64,000 bases of DNA from positions 1 to 64,000 of the IMG/VR virus record IMGVR_UViG_3300031813_000013; one strand, given 5' to 3'. Under the pieces are notes generated by a model. That model ran no database searches. It was not told where the DNA came from and saw nothing but the letters and a program-made list of their open reading frames with translations. Shown in pieces: positions 8,358-18,558 of this stretch (position 1 is its first letter; the number at the start of each line of letters is the position of its first letter). The position numbers were made by a program, and so were the translations under genes. The DNA comes from a virus. Lineage: Duplodnaviria > Caudoviricetes.

Positions 8358-10143
8358 ACGCTGTTGTGGTAGTCACTGTGGAGAAGCTAACACCAGTACC
8401 AACTGCAACAAAATTCAACTGGATAAAGTTGATAGAACGAGCAGGTTGAATGTAAATGTCACCAACAAATTGGTTAGCATTAACAACAGAAGGAGTGTTG
8501 TTAGTCGAATCACATACAACTTGGAAAGCTTGAATACCACGTCCTGCTTGTACAGAATTCAAGAATGGAGTTACAAGAGCAATAAATTGTGCTTGTGTAA
8601 ACGCATCGTTAAATTCAAACAATGAGTATTGTGCTGCTTTAGCAATTGCTTGCTCAAGTACAATAAACAATCTGCGAACGTTGATACGGTCAAATGCAGA
8701 TGGTTGTGTTTGCATTGTTTTATCACCAAACAAGACTGTACCTTGTCCAGGGAATGATGCAACTGGATTAACAGCAGCTTGATACAACGCATCTCTTTGT
8801 GGTTTGCTTGGGTTCCATGCCAACTTGATAACGTTCTTCAATACGCCACGGTTGAAACCAGCTGGAGACCACCATGGATTGTTTTGTGTGTCTGTGTAAA
8901 CACATAGACCAGCCATGTCACCATTCAATGGTACCCAACGATATGTGTTGTTGTAACGGTCAAACAAGTATTTCCAGCCAGAATCTGTGAAGCCGTAAGT
9001 GCCTGTTGTAGAACCAGTCAATGCTGACAAACCATTAATCCAAGACAATACGCTAATTTGTTCGTTACCAACGTTGTTGATAACAGCACTTTGTGGTGGA
9101 GAAACAAATGCCACACAGTCTTTACGTGATGCTGCAAGGTTAATTGCTGCGGTTTGAACTGCTGTATTTGTAAATGGACCAGTCATCAACAATGAGATTG
9201 TTGCTTGTGTTGGGTCGCTAAAGTTAGCTTGTGCATTAATAACATCACCATCTTGAATTTGTTGGTCTGTACCACCAGAGAATGCAACTGTTTGTACGTT
9301 TGTCAGTGTTTGGAATGCAACGTTGGCTGTTGGTTGTCCCCAAGCACCAGAACCTGTAGATGTTGTTGAATAAGAAACTGGGTCAACAGCATAGATAAAT
9401 CTAGAATTGTTGAAAATAGCATTCTTATAGTAATTAGATGCACCAGTAGCATCAACGCTGTCTGTTGCTTTAGACAAATATGGGAATGTTTCTAGAACAG
9501 TACCTTTTTGGCCAGTAAACAAACCACCAGCATCAATAACTGCAACGTGAATTTGGTCATTTGCAGAACCTAATGATGAAGCACGATAAGAAGTTCCTGG
9601 TAGACCGCTGAAATAGCCACCAATAGCAACTGTAGTAGTTGTATTAGATGCGTTAGGAATTGAGTATGTCCAACCAGTATTCATTGCTGTTGTGTTGGCA
9701 AATCCTGAACCTGCGTCAATAACAGACACAACCAAAGAATTACCTAATGCGCCTGGGTAACGAGCAACGAAAGGACCATAAGTATTTGCTGCACCAGCAG
9801 GTAATAATGTATATTGGAAAACGCTTTCGTTTGCAATTTGTAGTGTAGATGTGTTTGAAGTAGCATTGAATGTATTGCTATTTGCTGCACGAACTACTTG
9901 CAAGTTATTGCCGTATGCCAAGAAAGATGCCGCAGTATAGAAAGATGCTGCGGTATTATTATCTGGTGTTCCGAATGTGTTGACTAGAATTTTTTCACTG
10001 CCAACTGGTGTAACCTTGTTTACTGGACCCCATACAAAGTTACCTGCATATGCACCGGCTGTAGTCAAAACTGAAGGAACAACTGTTGATAAGTTGGTTT
10101 CTGTTGTTAATACGCCTGGAGATAATTGAGCGATTTGAGCCAT
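8356..10143 (-). CDS. gp18: Tail sheath protein
   Basis: LSPGV...E, GNFVWGPV, WVPLNGDMAG, PWWSPAGFNRG, SAFDRINVRRLF, PARSINFIQLNFVA. Confidence 0.97.
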   Translation of the reverse strand: MAQIAQLSPGVLTTETNLSTVVPSVLTTAGAYAGNFVWGPVNKVTPVGSEKILVNTFGTPDNNTAASFYTAASFLAYGNNLQVVRAANSNTFNATSNTSTLQIANESVFQYTLLPAGAANTYGPFVARYPGALGNSLVVSVIDAGSGFANTTAMNTGWTYSIPNASNTTTTVAIGGYFSGLPGTSYRASSLGSANDQIHVAVIDAGGLFTGQKGTVLETFPYLSKATDSVDATGASNYYKNAIFNNSRFIYAVDPVSYSTTSTGSGAWGQPTANVAFQTLTNVQTVAFSGGTDQQIQDGDVINAQANFSDPTQATISLLMTGPFTNTAVQTAAINLAASRKDCVAFVSPPQSAVINNVGNEQISVLSWINGLSALTGSTTGTYGFTDSGWKYLFDRYNNTYRWVPLNGDMAGLCVYTDTQNNPWWSPAGFNRGVLKNVIKLAWNPSKPQRDALYQAAVNPVASFPGQGTVLFGDKTMQTQPSAFDRINVRRLFIVLEQAIAKAAQYSLFEFNDAFTQAQFIALVTPFLNSVQAGRGIQAFQVVCDSTNNTPSVVNANQFVGDIYIQPARSINFIQLNFVAVGTGVSFSTVTTTTA

Positions 10144-10193
10144 TTGTTTCTTCTCCTTGATTATTCTGTTTTTGGTAAATTATACCATGTGAA

Positions 10194-10201
10194 TATTTAT
10201 G
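10194..10201 (-). promoter_or_regulatory. T4-type late promoter (CATAAATA) for gp18
   Basis: Intergenic between gp17 and gp18. Confidence 0.7.
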
Positions 10202-10212
10202 AAACACTATTT

Positions 10213-11895
10213 TTATAGGTTTTTAATCATGTCTCTAATAAATGACCCATAGGTGTCTCCACCAACCGATGAGTCCCATAAATCTCCATCAATCAACTCA
10301 AGTCCATGATTTAAACCATCTTCAATGATGGGTTCTGGTAGAGTTTCATCATCAATTTGATTCATATGTTCCACTTGGAACTGTTTACGAATGTCGTGGC
10401 TTACAATCTCTTTGAAGTATTTTTGAGTTGTGGCCCAAGCAAATGTCACTAAACACATCACCAAGTCATCATTTGAACCTTCTTCAGCAGCAAATGAGTT
10501 CTTGTCTTGCACAAAAGTGGTCAATTCAGAGATAACATCAAAGTCATTAATGACCATCTTGTCACCTTCAACCAACATTTTCAAGTTAGCGCAACCTATA
10601 CGTTTCACTTGTGGTGACATTTTTAAACCTAACTGTACACCTCTTGCAAAGCCGGCAGACAGTTGTTGTGGTTTCTTGTTACCTGTGAATACTTTCCATA
10701 GGTTTTCATATTCAAGTTCATTATGTAGAATATCTGCAACCTGTGGTGTGTTGTTAATTTCAACCAAAACATATGCATCATTGAACAACCTTGCGGTATT
10801 GTAGATTACAGTTGGGAACAATACTGGATGAATTGACGAACTGTGGTATGTTGCAACCATTTTATATGGCATTGCTGAGATATCCATGACCACAAATGCC
10901 GATGAATCCATGTTCTTGCCCTCTGAAACGTCAACACAGATGGCATATAGGTGGTCTGTTTTGTGTGTTTCACCATCTTCTTTGATGGGCATTTCATACA
11001 CATTGACTTTATCGTGCTTGGCAATTGGATCAAGATATACCATCTGTGCAAGTTTCTGACCAGAGATGAGCGTATTGGTAGAACCCAAGAACTCACATTC
11101 AAACTCTTGTCTGAATTGTTCTTCTGAGGTGTTACGAATCGTTTCTTCTTTCCATGCCTCATCACGACCTGGTACCATTGACCAGTGAATTTCAAATGGT
11201 TTATAACCACTTTTCTTACCAATTGCATCCATCCACATCTTGTAGAACAGATTCATACCGTTTGGTGTAGACACAATAATAATCTTTGTCGTTTTACCTG
11301 ATGAAATTACAGGGTAAACCGAGTTAAAGAACTCGTGTGCAATGTTTGGTGGAACGAAAGCAAACTCATCCAAAAATACACAGTTAAAAGAACCACCTCG
11401 AATGGCAGCAGAAGATGTGGAGTCTGCACGAATCTTAGAACCATTTTCAAGTTCCACGTTACCTTTATTCCAGATTACAACACCTTGTTGCAGCCACATT
11501 GGTAAGTTTTCATATGCCAACTGGTACTTTGCAAGAATATCTCGTGCAAGAGAACCCTTGTTGGCCAGAACGGCTACGTTTTGTGTGTCGTTGAATAGTG
11601 TCAACCAAAGAAGATAAGCCACGGAGGTGGTGGTTTTACCAACCTGGCGAGGACATTTAGTGATAGCAAAACGATTCTTGTGGAACAGACGAATCATGTC
11701 CTTCTGAAAGTCCCACATTTCAAATGGCATTAAACCACGGTCAACGTTGACAATCTTGATGTAATGCTCTGCAAAATATACCGGATCTTTAGCACACTTT
11801 AAATACTCCTCAACTTGTTCTTGAGTGTATTTTATCTGTATGCCAACTTTCTTTAGTAGAGGATTGTCACGGTAACTGTCTTTATTATCACTCAT
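10213..11895 (-). CDS. gp17: Terminase large subunit
   Basis: Walker A PRQVGKTT, Walker B VFLDEFAF, STPNGMNLFY, nuclease acidic motifs CVDVSEG and NDDLVM; no intein insertion seen. Confidence 0.98.
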   Translation of the reverse strand: MSDNKDSYRDNPLLKKVGIQIKYTQEQVEEYLKCAKDPVYFAEHYIKIVNVDRGLMPFEMWDFQKDMIRLFHKNRFAITKCPRQVGKTTTSVAYLLWLTLFNDTQNVAVLANKGSLARDILAKYQLAYENLPMWLQQGVVIWNKGNVELENGSKIRADSTSSAAIRGGSFNCVFLDEFAFVPPNIAHEFFNSVYPVISSGKTTKIIIVSTPNGMNLFYKMWMDAIGKKSGYKPFEIHWSMVPGRDEAWKEETIRNTSEEQFRQEFECEFLGSTNTLISGQKLAQMVYLDPIAKHDKVNVYEMPIKEDGETHKTDHLYAICVDVSEGKNMDSSAFVVMDISAMPYKMVATYHSSSIHPVLFPTVIYNTARLFNDAYVLVEINNTPQVADILHNELEYENLWKVFTGNKKPQQLSAGFARGVQLGLKMSPQVKRIGCANLKMLVEGDKMVINDFDVISELTTFVQDKNSFAAEEGSNDDLVMCLVTFAWATTQKYFKEIVSHDIRKQFQVEHMNQIDDETLPEPIIEDGLNHGLELIDGDLWDSSVGGDTYGSFIRDMIKNL

Positions 11896-12307
11896 TCATA
11901 CCCTTAATCAACTTATTCAGTTCTGAAGTTGAGCCGACAAAGAAAGCCGCTTTATCGATATTTGTTGTGGTGTTTTGGTTCTTTTTATCCATCTCACGCA
12001 TTTGTTTTTGTACTGCAAGAAGTTCTTTATTGGCATCTACCACATTTTTAAGTAGAGTACCATATACCTCAAATGCTCTTGGATGTTGACCATCTTTTGC
12101 AATCTGTAGAATCTCTGCCATTGCATCTTTACCTTGGTCAATCAAATCTTGTAGATTGGCTTTAGTTTGTTCATAAGCATCAGACAAATCTTCTTCAAGA
12201 TTTTCTTGCGATACAGCAGCAGGCACTTGTTGTTTTTGTACGACAGGTGCCTTTGGTGTTGGTACCACATCAAAGATTTCTTCCATATTTTTTTCAAATG
12301 TACTCAT
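11888..12307 (-). CDS. gp16: Terminase small subunit
   Basis: HPRAFEVYGTLLK, FVGSTSELNKLIK; overlaps the gp17 start. Confidence 0.93.
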   Translation of the reverse strand: MSTFEKNMEEIFDVVPTPKAPVVQKQQVPAAVSQENLEEDLSDAYEQTKANLQDLIDQGKDAMAEILQIAKDGQHPRAFEVYGTLLKNVVDANKELLAVQKQMREMDKKNQNTTTNIDKAAFFVGSTSELNKLIKGMNE

Positions 12308-12322
12308 AGTTTTTATAAAATG

Positions 12323-13075
12323 TTAAGATGGTAAAGAACCATTGTATCTAGACAACCAGTATGTAGCATTTTGTTGGTGTTCGGTCGCAGACAAGACTCT
12401 ACTGTATGCGTGAGCCGCAGCTATATCACCATTAAAACCTGGAGATGTTTGTGTTGCACCAATAACTGGAGTGGTTGATGTTGGTCCAGGTAATACAGTA
12501 GCACTATTACCAACAAGATTTCCATTAACATATAGAGTCCATCCGGCTGTTGTACTATATGATACGCTTACATAATACCAAGTGTTGTTTGCTTCTGCGC
12601 CTGTGGTTTGAGTTACATCAGAATATGTAGCACCATTATAATGATTGCCAGCACCAAATGCTTGTGTTCCATTATTGAACCAAGTTGTATCTCTCGCTTC
12701 AGCAGAACACTGTAAGTAACCTGCGCCCATTGGAGCTGTGTTTGAACCATTACCACGAATCACAGCACCTTTAGTATAATTTAAACTGGGATTCATAAAT
12801 GCACTAGGTGCTTTGGCCCAATTTGAATTGTTTGCGTGGAAGTAAGCAGTTTTAGTTCCCAAATTAACTACGTTAGATGTGCTTGTCCAAGGAGTAGTTG
12901 TGCCATTACCTGCATAGAATGTAAAGTTTCTTGCGTTGGCACTAGAATCTGGCCAAGTGTTACCTGACGTATAATTTGCCATGTCTAGATTGTAATATAA
13001 ACTATCTTGAACCATGGTTAAGTTGGCCGTGTTTATATAAACCACATTATTCATAATCATCATTGAACTGAGCAT
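12323..13075 (-). CDS. LamG / concanavalin A-like lectin domain protein (putative fibre-tip adhesin)
   Basis: YYNLDMANY..GNTWPDSS, NTWYYVSVSYS...WTLYVNG, FNGDIAAAHAYSRVLSATE..QN: LamG_3-type pattern; TAATG coupling to the upstream fibre. Confidence 0.75.
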   Translation of the reverse strand: MLSSMMIMNNVVYINTANLTMVQDSLYYNLDMANYTSGNTWPDSSANARNFTFYAGNGTTTPWTSTSNVVNLGTKTAYFHANNSNWAKAPSAFMNPSLNYTKGAVIRGNGSNTAPMGAGYLQCSAEARDTTWFNNGTQAFGAGNHYNGATYSDVTQTTGAEANNTWYYVSVSYSTTAGWTLYVNGNLVGNSATVLPGPTSTTPVIGATQTSPGFNGDIAAAHAYSRVLSATEHQQNATYWLSRYNGSLPS

Positions 13076-14967
13076 TATACTACTCCAGAACCATTAATGT
13101 ACCATGTATTGGCAGCAGTCATAATTAGTGTTGCCATACCGTATGTTGTAACATTGCGTGAAGCACTTGTTGTGTTGCCAGCAAGATACATGTTCACACC
13201 AACATTTGGTGTTACTGTCACATTTGAACTTGTATGAGAAATAATTGTGATTGATGTACCAATTGCATATGTTGTATTTGATGTCCAAGGAATATACAAG
13301 TTTACAGGTGAACCATTGGTATAATAAAGGTGTTTACCTGCATCTGTATTGGCCAAAACATAATTTGATGCTTGTGCATTTTGTGGAATTATTGTTGCTG
13401 CTGCATTAGCCGCTGCAAAAGCAGAATTAGCTTGTGTAAATGCAGCATTCGCTTTTACAAATGCAGCGTTAGATGTAGCACTTGGTGTGTTTGCGGTATT
13501 TGCATTGCTCAATATCTGACTTATATAAGTGTTTGAGAATGCTGTTGTTTGAACAGTGTTATCTGGCCAAATTTGTTCTGCGTATGATGTAAAGTTCCAA
13601 GTTTTTGCACCACCAGCTGCACTGGTTTGTATCAATGTATTGCTTGTGCTTTGTAAATCTAATAAGCCTGTAATCAGTGTGTTGCCATTAAATGTGCTAT
13701 TATCTGCAAAAATAATTTTATTAGGTATAGTTAGTGAGCCGTCACTTCCAAAATTAAAAGTATGTTGTGTTGTACCATCATTTGTATCAATAGCTGCAAA
13801 TACGGTATTTCCATTGGCCTGAATATAGATATCTCCTAAATTGCCATTATATTCATTTGAGATATTCATTAAATTGTAGCCTATACCCGCAGCACTATTT
13901 GCTTCTGATACAAGGCCTTGGCCACCCCAATGTGATGTGGAAAGACTTGCGCCACCAAAATCAATAGTATTCGCTTTGATATTTCCATTATTGTCAATAG
14001 ATACTTGACCAATGTTTACTCCGGAAGAACTGATGTTCATGGCATCGGTTGCTCCACCATTTACAACAAAGTGTAATACGTTTTGTGAGGCGGTTCCTAT
14101 AACCAAATCTGTGTTATTTGCATACAAATATACATTGTTTGCTGTATTTAATGAACCTGATCCAACAAAATTTGGACCATTGATACCAAAATCGCCATAC
14201 AGAAAACCGTCTGTGCTATAATAATTTGACACAACATAGTCGGCCGATGCTTGTGTGCCTGTGTTTGAATTTTGCAATATCACTTGTTGGTATGTGTTTG
14301 CATTTGCGGAGAAAGTTCCAAACAATCCAGATGCATAAAAACTCAATGTGCCTACGTTGAGCGAATTCAAATACAGCTGATTTAGTTGCAAATTGCCTGG
14401 AAACGTAGCACTACCATCTGTATTGAAATACCATGAATTGGAAGTTGTATAACTTGTACCCGGATTGTTTGCGGTTAAAACAATCTCAGCACCCTCAAGC
14501 TGCAAACCATTTGGTGTATCACCTCTAATGTGTGCGTAATACGTGTTACTTTGTGGTATGTGTAAAACACCTTGTGTATCTAATAATGTGGTATAAGTTT
14601 GTGTTGTTGAACCAGTATTTCCAGTGTTTGATAGTGCAGAAAAACCATTTCCTGAAGCCGTATTGGCTTTGGCGAACGCCGCATTTGCTTGCTGGAAAGA
14701 ATATGCTCCATAAACAGTAGCAGTAACTGCTTGTCCGTATGCGGTTAGAGCAAGAGAAAGTGCAGCATTTGATTGAAAGAAGACTGCATTTGAACCTGGG
14801 TTTTGTTCTGCAAAACCTTCAGTAGCAAGACGAACACCACCGGCACGAACACCATCATGAACTGTTATAGTATAATTTGTGTCGTCAATAATGATTTCAC
14901 CATTTGCGCCTGTTGTATTGGCAACTGAGGCCTGAGATTGTCTTTTAAACTGTAGTGTTCTTGCCAT
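13075..14967 (-). CDS. Tail or neck fibre protein with Mtd_N-like N-terminus
   Basis: N-terminal LQFKR...TGANGEIIIDD...TVHDGVRAGGVRLA (major tropism determinant N-terminal type); AN.AF heptads; C-terminal beta domain ending TWYINGSGVV. Confidence 0.75.
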   Translation of the reverse strand: MARTLQFKRQSQASVANTTGANGEIIIDDTNYTITVHDGVRAGGVRLATEGFAEQNPGSNAVFFQSNAALSLALTAYGQAVTATVYGAYSFQQANAAFAKANTASGNGFSALSNTGNTGSTTQTYTTLLDTQGVLHIPQSNTYYAHIRGDTPNGLQLEGAEIVLTANNPGTSYTTSNSWYFNTDGSATFPGNLQLNQLYLNSLNVGTLSFYASGLFGTFSANANTYQQVILQNSNTGTQASADYVVSNYYSTDGFLYGDFGINGPNFVGSGSLNTANNVYLYANNTDLVIGTASQNVLHFVVNGGATDAMNISSSGVNIGQVSIDNNGNIKANTIDFGGASLSTSHWGGQGLVSEANSAAGIGYNLMNISNEYNGNLGDIYIQANGNTVFAAIDTNDGTTQHTFNFGSDGSLTIPNKIIFADNSTFNGNTLITGLLDLQSTSNTLIQTSAAGGAKTWNFTSYAEQIWPDNTVQTTAFSNTYISQILSNANTANTPSATSNAAFVKANAAFTQANSAFAAANAAATIIPQNAQASNYVLANTDAGKHLYYTNGSPVNLYIPWTSNTTYAIGTSITIISHTSSNVTVTPNVGVNMYLAGNTTSASRNVTTYGMATLIMTAANTWYINGSGVV

Positions 14968-14968
14968 T

Positions 14969-16063
14969 TTAGGTTCCCTGACTTAGGTCTGTAATGTTTT
15001 CTTGTTCTTTGTTCAAATCGTCCACACCAATTTCTGTGGTCATGTCTCCAGCAAAATTTGTATTTGTGGTGAATGCGTGAATGTCGATTGTTTCTTTTAT
15101 GTCTGTGGAGTATGTATAAGAAACATTTCCATTTGCATCCGTTGGTTCTGGAACAACGATTATTCTAGCCATTTGTTGTGGTACCAAGTTATATCCATAG
15201 AATGACCAATTGGCATTTGAGTTTTGTCCAATCAGTGCTGTGTTAGAAAGGAAGTTTCCGTTCATGTTTGAAACTGTTAATACCTTATCAAAGTCCCAAG
15301 CAACAACAGTAGCTGATGCTGTTGATAATGTTGGACTTACACCTTGATAGACAGATTCTCCAACAATATAATCACCAGAACCACCAGTATTCATGTTGAA
15401 TTTGATGTTTTGTTCTGTAGAAATTTCATTGTATATGTTTGTGATAGATGTTTTAATCAAGTTAGCACTTGTATTTGCACCAAACACAAAACCTTTGGCT
15501 GTGAAGTTCAACGTCCAAATAACCATTCTGGTATCAGAATCTCTGTCACCTTCATATGTAACATCATATTTAACATCGTTCAAAATCACTGGAACTTCTT
15601 TGACGATACCCATCTCTGGAATCATGTTCACTTTGATTGTATAATCTGGTGCAAAGAATGGTAAAATATGTTCAATGATTTGGTTGCCATCTTCAATGTT
15701 TCTTACATAAAGATACAAAGAAAAGTCAAAATCATATGGTACTGGCATGTATTGTGACAGTATTGCACCATTATTTTTTGCAAAGTTTTGTATGTTTGTG
15801 TTCTGTTTTCTTGTCGAATCGTATGTTAGTCCATTCATTTCATATGACATGCGAGGCAAAGTCATTTGAACTTTTTTATCTAAATTTGGGTCACCTTGAA
15901 TACGCATTACATACAATTCTTTTGTTGCATAGTCAATAGGAACAACAAAACGTTCTTGTTCTGTTTGGTCTGGATTGTATCTGACTAATGTAATATTACT
16001 AAACAGTTCGCCAAAAGCAACAGTAATCTTACGAATCATTCGGTTATAAACTACATTAGCCAT
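14969..16063 (-). CDS. gp15: Tail sheath stabiliser / tail terminator with C-terminal extension
   Basis: IRKITVAFGELF, VPIDYATKE, TLPRMSYEM, PVPYDFDFSLYLY, QIIEHILPFFAP, IWTLNFTAKG. Confidence 0.93.
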   Translation of the reverse strand: MANVVYNRMIRKITVAFGELFSNITLVRYNPDQTEQERFVVPIDYATKELYVMRIQGDPNLDKKVQMTLPRMSYEMNGLTYDSTRKQNTNIQNFAKNNGAILSQYMPVPYDFDFSLYLYVRNIEDGNQIIEHILPFFAPDYTIKVNMIPEMGIVKEVPVILNDVKYDVTYEGDRDSDTRMVIWTLNFTAKGFVFGANTSANLIKTSITNIYNEISTEQNIKFNMNTGGSGDYIVGESVYQGVSPTLSTASATVVAWDFDKVLTVSNMNGNFLSNTALIGQNSNANWSFYGYNLVPQQMARIIVVPEPTDANGNVSYTYSTDIKETIDIHAFTTNTNFAGDMTTEIGVDDLNKEQENITDLSQGT

Positions 16064-16950
16064 TATAGACCACCAATCGGATTGATTTCGGAATTATTGA
16101 CATATGGCTGTGCTGTTGTCACAGTAACTTCATTATCATAAGATTCTTTATTTGCCGGTGAAGCCAATGGGTCAAATGTGGCCAATGTGTATGCTGCACC
16201 ACTGGTGTAACCAAGTATGTAACCGCCATCAACAAATTCACCAGTAATATTAGATACAGATAATGTATTTGAAGAAGGTGTCCAGCCTTGAACTGTAGCA
16301 AATACTGTAGCATTTGCATAAGTGTTATCAGAAGAATAGTATACTTGTTCTGCTAATTGATAAGAACCTGAACCTGCACCAACATTTAGATGTAGTGTGT
16401 AAGCTGAATCTGTGACAACAGAATCAATATCTGCCACACCAGTAGCAATAACTTCTTGTGAGTATTTGAATTTCTCAAGTTCCAATTCGTAATAGTATGG
16501 AACTTTACGACCTAACATAAAGAAGTCTTTAGTCTGGTTTGTGAACTTGATTTCATACAATTCACCACTACCATTTAGAAAAGGAATATAAATTAAGTCA
16601 CCTTCATTTGGTCTGCTTAATGAAGCATTTGGTGGTACTCTTTGTGAGAATGCTCTTTTAGAAACAATAACTGTGACTTGATTACGAATTTCTAGACCAA
16701 ATTTGGTAAACATTTCTCTCTCACCCATGTATTCATTGGCGGAAGAAAGATACATTTCCAATGGAAAAGCAGTATTGAATTTCTTAACCGGGTCTTCACC
16801 ATAGATTAAGTCTCTGGCCTGACTGTTGTTATTCGGTAAATAGTATGCGTTGAACCCCATAATCTGAATTGATTCAGTTATGAGGTCTTCTACTAAACGC
16901 TGTTCATCATACTTAGCGTTATAATTATTGAAATAAGGACTTGTTGCCAT
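16063..16950 (-). CDS. gp14: Neck protein
   Basis: EQRLVEDLITESIQIMG...YYLP, KFGLEIRNQ, RPNEGDLIYIP, YEIKF, YYYELELEKFKYSQE. Confidence 0.93.
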   Translation of the reverse strand: MATSPYFNNYNAKYDEQRLVEDLITESIQIMGFNAYYLPNNNSQARDLIYGEDPVKKFNTAFPLEMYLSSANEYMGEREMFTKFGLEIRNQVTVIVSKRAFSQRVPPNASLSRPNEGDLIYIPFLNGSGELYEIKFTNQTKDFFMLGRKVPYYYELELEKFKYSQEVIATGVADIDSVVTDSAYTLHLNVGAGSGSYQLAEQVYYSSDNTYANATVFATVQGWTPSSNTLSVSNITGEFVDGGYILGYTSGAAYTLATFDPLASPANKESYDNEVTVTTAQPYVNNSEINPIGGL

Positions 16951-16951
16951 C

Positions 16952-17728
16952 TTAGTTCATGAACCATTCTAGCGGACCGCCATAGTTTTCAATCATATCG
17001 GTTTCTAATCTTTGAATTTCACCCATGGCTTCTTCATAAGTTTCTTTACCATTCAATACTACACCACCTGGTAACTGAATACCACCAAATTTCTTCATGT
17101 TTTCACCCCAAGTTCTCTTGATGAGTGCTGTAGCATATTCTTTCAACCAACGGTCATTCCATACGTTTGGATATGTGTTTGGATCAATTGCTCCGTAGCA
17201 TTCGGCAACAACAACCTGACCGGTATTAATTTCAAATCCGTTACCCCAAGCCCAATCTATGTATAGACGGTTCATATTACGCACCCAACGAATTGGAACT
17301 TCACCAGTGAACTGAAGTTCTAAAGAACGTAAGTGTTGTTGAGTTAGTGTGTAATTGATGTAGGATGCTGAGGTAAAGTCATATAATTCGTTTAGACGCA
17401 ATTGGTATCTCAAATCAAACATGTTGATGGTTGCCTGAGAATCGGTCAAAGGGAAAATACGAGTAATACCAAGAATGCTTACGGTATTGCCGTTTTGGTC
17501 GGTGGCCTGTGAAGCATCTAGGTATTGATTAGCAATGTCTTGGTCTGTAACATAATGAATCCAATAGAACTTTTGTGCACCATCAAAATGGTAATCTTGC
17601 CAATATTGAATAGCATCATCCACACGGTCTTCCACTTGTGTGTCGTCTACGTTGATGTTAATTACTGGCGCACCAAGTCTACGGAGACAATAATTTTTAA
17701 AATCTTGTCTTGTTTGTATTGTTGCCAT
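16952..17728 (-). CDS. gp13: Neck protein
   Basis: YCLRRLGAPVININV...QVEDRVDDAIQYW..YHFDG, WLKEYATALIKRTWGENMKKF.GIQLPGGV.LNG. Confidence 0.95.
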   Translation of the reverse strand: MATIQTRQDFKNYCLRRLGAPVININVDDTQVEDRVDDAIQYWQDYHFDGAQKFYWIHYVTDQDIANQYLDASQATDQNGNTVSILGITRIFPLTDSQATINMFDLRYQLRLNELYDFTSASYINYTLTQQHLRSLELQFTGEVPIRWVRNMNRLYIDWAWGNGFEINTGQVVVAECYGAIDPNTYPNVWNDRWLKEYATALIKRTWGENMKKFGGIQLPGGVVLNGKETYEEAMGEIQRLETDMIENYGGPLEWFMN

Positions 17729-17749
17729 TGAGAATCTCCTATTATTCTC

Positions 17750-17757
17750 TATTTATA
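17750..17757 (-). promoter_or_regulatory. T4-type late promoter (TATAAATA) for gp13
   Basis: Perfect consensus 22 nt upstream of the gp13 start. Confidence 0.85.
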
Positions 17758-17775
17758 TTGGCAAGAAACGGCCCT

Positions 17776-18558
17776 CTATGGAAGCACCGTATACTCATTC
17801 CACCACTTTTGCCAGTCTACGTATGGGTCAATGTGTTGTTCAAACTGTACATGTAGAGCCAAACTAGGTATAGGACTGAATCTTACAGCATGGTTTTTCC
17901 ATATCTCGCAGATTGTATTTCCTTCATGTACATGTGGTGGTGGTCTGGAATAGTCTGAATTATATTCTGTTGCAAGTTTATAAAATAATGGCCAATGTTC
18001 TTCCACCAGTTGAGGTCTTAGTAAAAAGGTATTGGTTGTCCAGAAGCCTGTTCTCCAAGGACCATTGCTACCACGAACAATGTAACTGGGATACATTGCA
18101 TCCGGCCTGTAATCGCCTTCAAAATCATATGGATAGATTACAGTTTCACGACCAGTTTTGTTCTTAAAGTCAATGTAGTTATCTATCATGTGTGTCAGGG
18201 CCATCGGACAATGTAAATAATCATCCTCAACAGAATAAACCAAGTCTGCACCCGAGTTCTTGCAATATTCAAACTGTTTTAGTGCCGAATAGTTATAACC
18301 TGGTTTGGACATACGAAACAATTCATACGACCAAACCGATTTATCCATGATTTTGTATATGGAATCGATGAGTTCGTTTGAACTGTGGTCATCTAATATT
18401 TTATAATTGATTGTATGACCTCTAACCAAGTTAGCAGAATTTACTAAAGAAATTAGACACTTTTCAACCAAAGTCTTTTTGTCACTACCACAATACCGTT
18501 CTTTATCGGTGTGTACATTAGACTGGTCGTGTGTTCTTAAAATGATTTCTATATTCAT
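17776..18558 (-). CDS. GT-A fold (GT2-like) glycosyltransferase
   Basis: KILDDHSS and YSVEDDYLH (DxD-type) motifs; C-terminal SPIPSLALH; paralog of the N-half of 18555-19958. Confidence 0.7.
   Translation of the reverse strand: MNIEIILRTHDQSNVHTDKERYCGSDKKTLVEKCLISLVNSANLVRGHTINYKILDDHSSNELIDSIYKIMDKSVWSYELFRMSKPGYNYSALKQFEYCKNSGADLVYSVEDDYLHCPMALTHMIDNYIDFKNKTGRETVIYPYDFEGDYRPDAMYPSYIVRGSNGPWRTGFWTTNTFLLRPQLVEEHWPLFYKLATEYNSDYSRPPPHVHEGNTICEIWKNHAVRFSPIPSLALHVQFEQHIDPYVDWQKWWNEYTVLP

Noticed and set aside
10213-11895. Intein or intron in terminase or other core genes
   Set aside because: gp17, gp18, gp20 and gp23 have normal lengths and continuous motifs; no homing endonuclease motifs seen.
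13075-14967. Possible diversity-generating retroelement suggested by the Mtd_N-like domain
   Set aside because: No reverse transcriptase, and no template/variable repeat pair differing only at adenines seen in the window; the Mtd_N-like domain is a generic fibre anchor.
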